Program-made: the position numbers and the translations under genes
In this document: piece by piece, positions 6,871 to 7,054 of the stretch
Position numbering within the stretch: the first letter of the stretch is position 1
Layout of the letters: each line of letters opens with the position of its first letter
Virus record (IMG/VR): IMGVR_UViG_2547132270_000003
Span: 1-7,054 of that record
Source: a virus
Taxonomy: Duplodnaviria > Heunggongvirae > Uroviricota > Caudoviricetes
Length of the DNA: 7,054 bases
Reading direction: 5' to 3' (one strand)
Notes under the pieces: model-generated
Databases searched by the model: none
What the model was told of the DNA's origin: nothing
The model's input: only the letters and a program-made list of their open reading frames with translations

Positions 6871-7054
6871 CAATATCCCCACTTAAGTAATGTTTCAGGT
6901 TGGTGTATTGGTTTTATCTTTCCCTTTTTATTCATAGAGATAGAGCGAACAACAAAACCACCACCAATCCCCTAAAAATACTCATAAATAGCGAAAACCC
7001 GCAAGGTCGCCGCCCCGTAGCCTACCGGATCGCCGGAAAGGACCCGCCAGCCAG
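6871..7054 (-). other. Lambda-type cos site: cosN cohesive-end sequence at 7004..7015 with a divergent cosB between cosN and terS
   Basis: Minus strand reads CTACG GGGCGGCGACCT TGCGGGTTTTCGCTATTTATGAGTATTTTTAGGGG. From memory the lambda left end is GGGCGGCGACCTCGCGGGTTTTCGCTATTTATGAAAATTTTCCGG, so the 12-nt cohesive end and the adjoining ~22 nt are nearly identical. Similarity is lost after about 35 nt, through the ~135 bp up to the terS start. Confidence 0.75.

Overview
The window reads as an Escherichia coli-like chromosomal segment, all confidently coding genes on the minus strand. From left to right: the 5' part of a type I-F cas2-3 fusion gene (runs off the window), type I-F cas1, a minimal I-F CRISPR array (2 repeats, 1 spacer, degenerate terminal repeat) with a putative leader, the clpA terminator and a REP-like palindrome, clpA, and clpS. 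The ~2.25 kb to the right of clpS is atypical. It contains about 1.2 kb of repeat- and palindrome-rich sequence with no convincing gene, then a small ORF interrupted by an in-frame TAA, a lambda Nu1-like small terminase gene, and a lambda-type cos site (cosN nearly identical to lambda as recalled, cosB divergent). No large terminase gene follows the small terminase gene. I read this as the packaging end of a lambdoid-derived element, either a cos-type phage satellite or a deleted prophage remnant, sitting where E. coli K-12 (from memory) has cspD. All coordinates were counted by hand and no database search was run.
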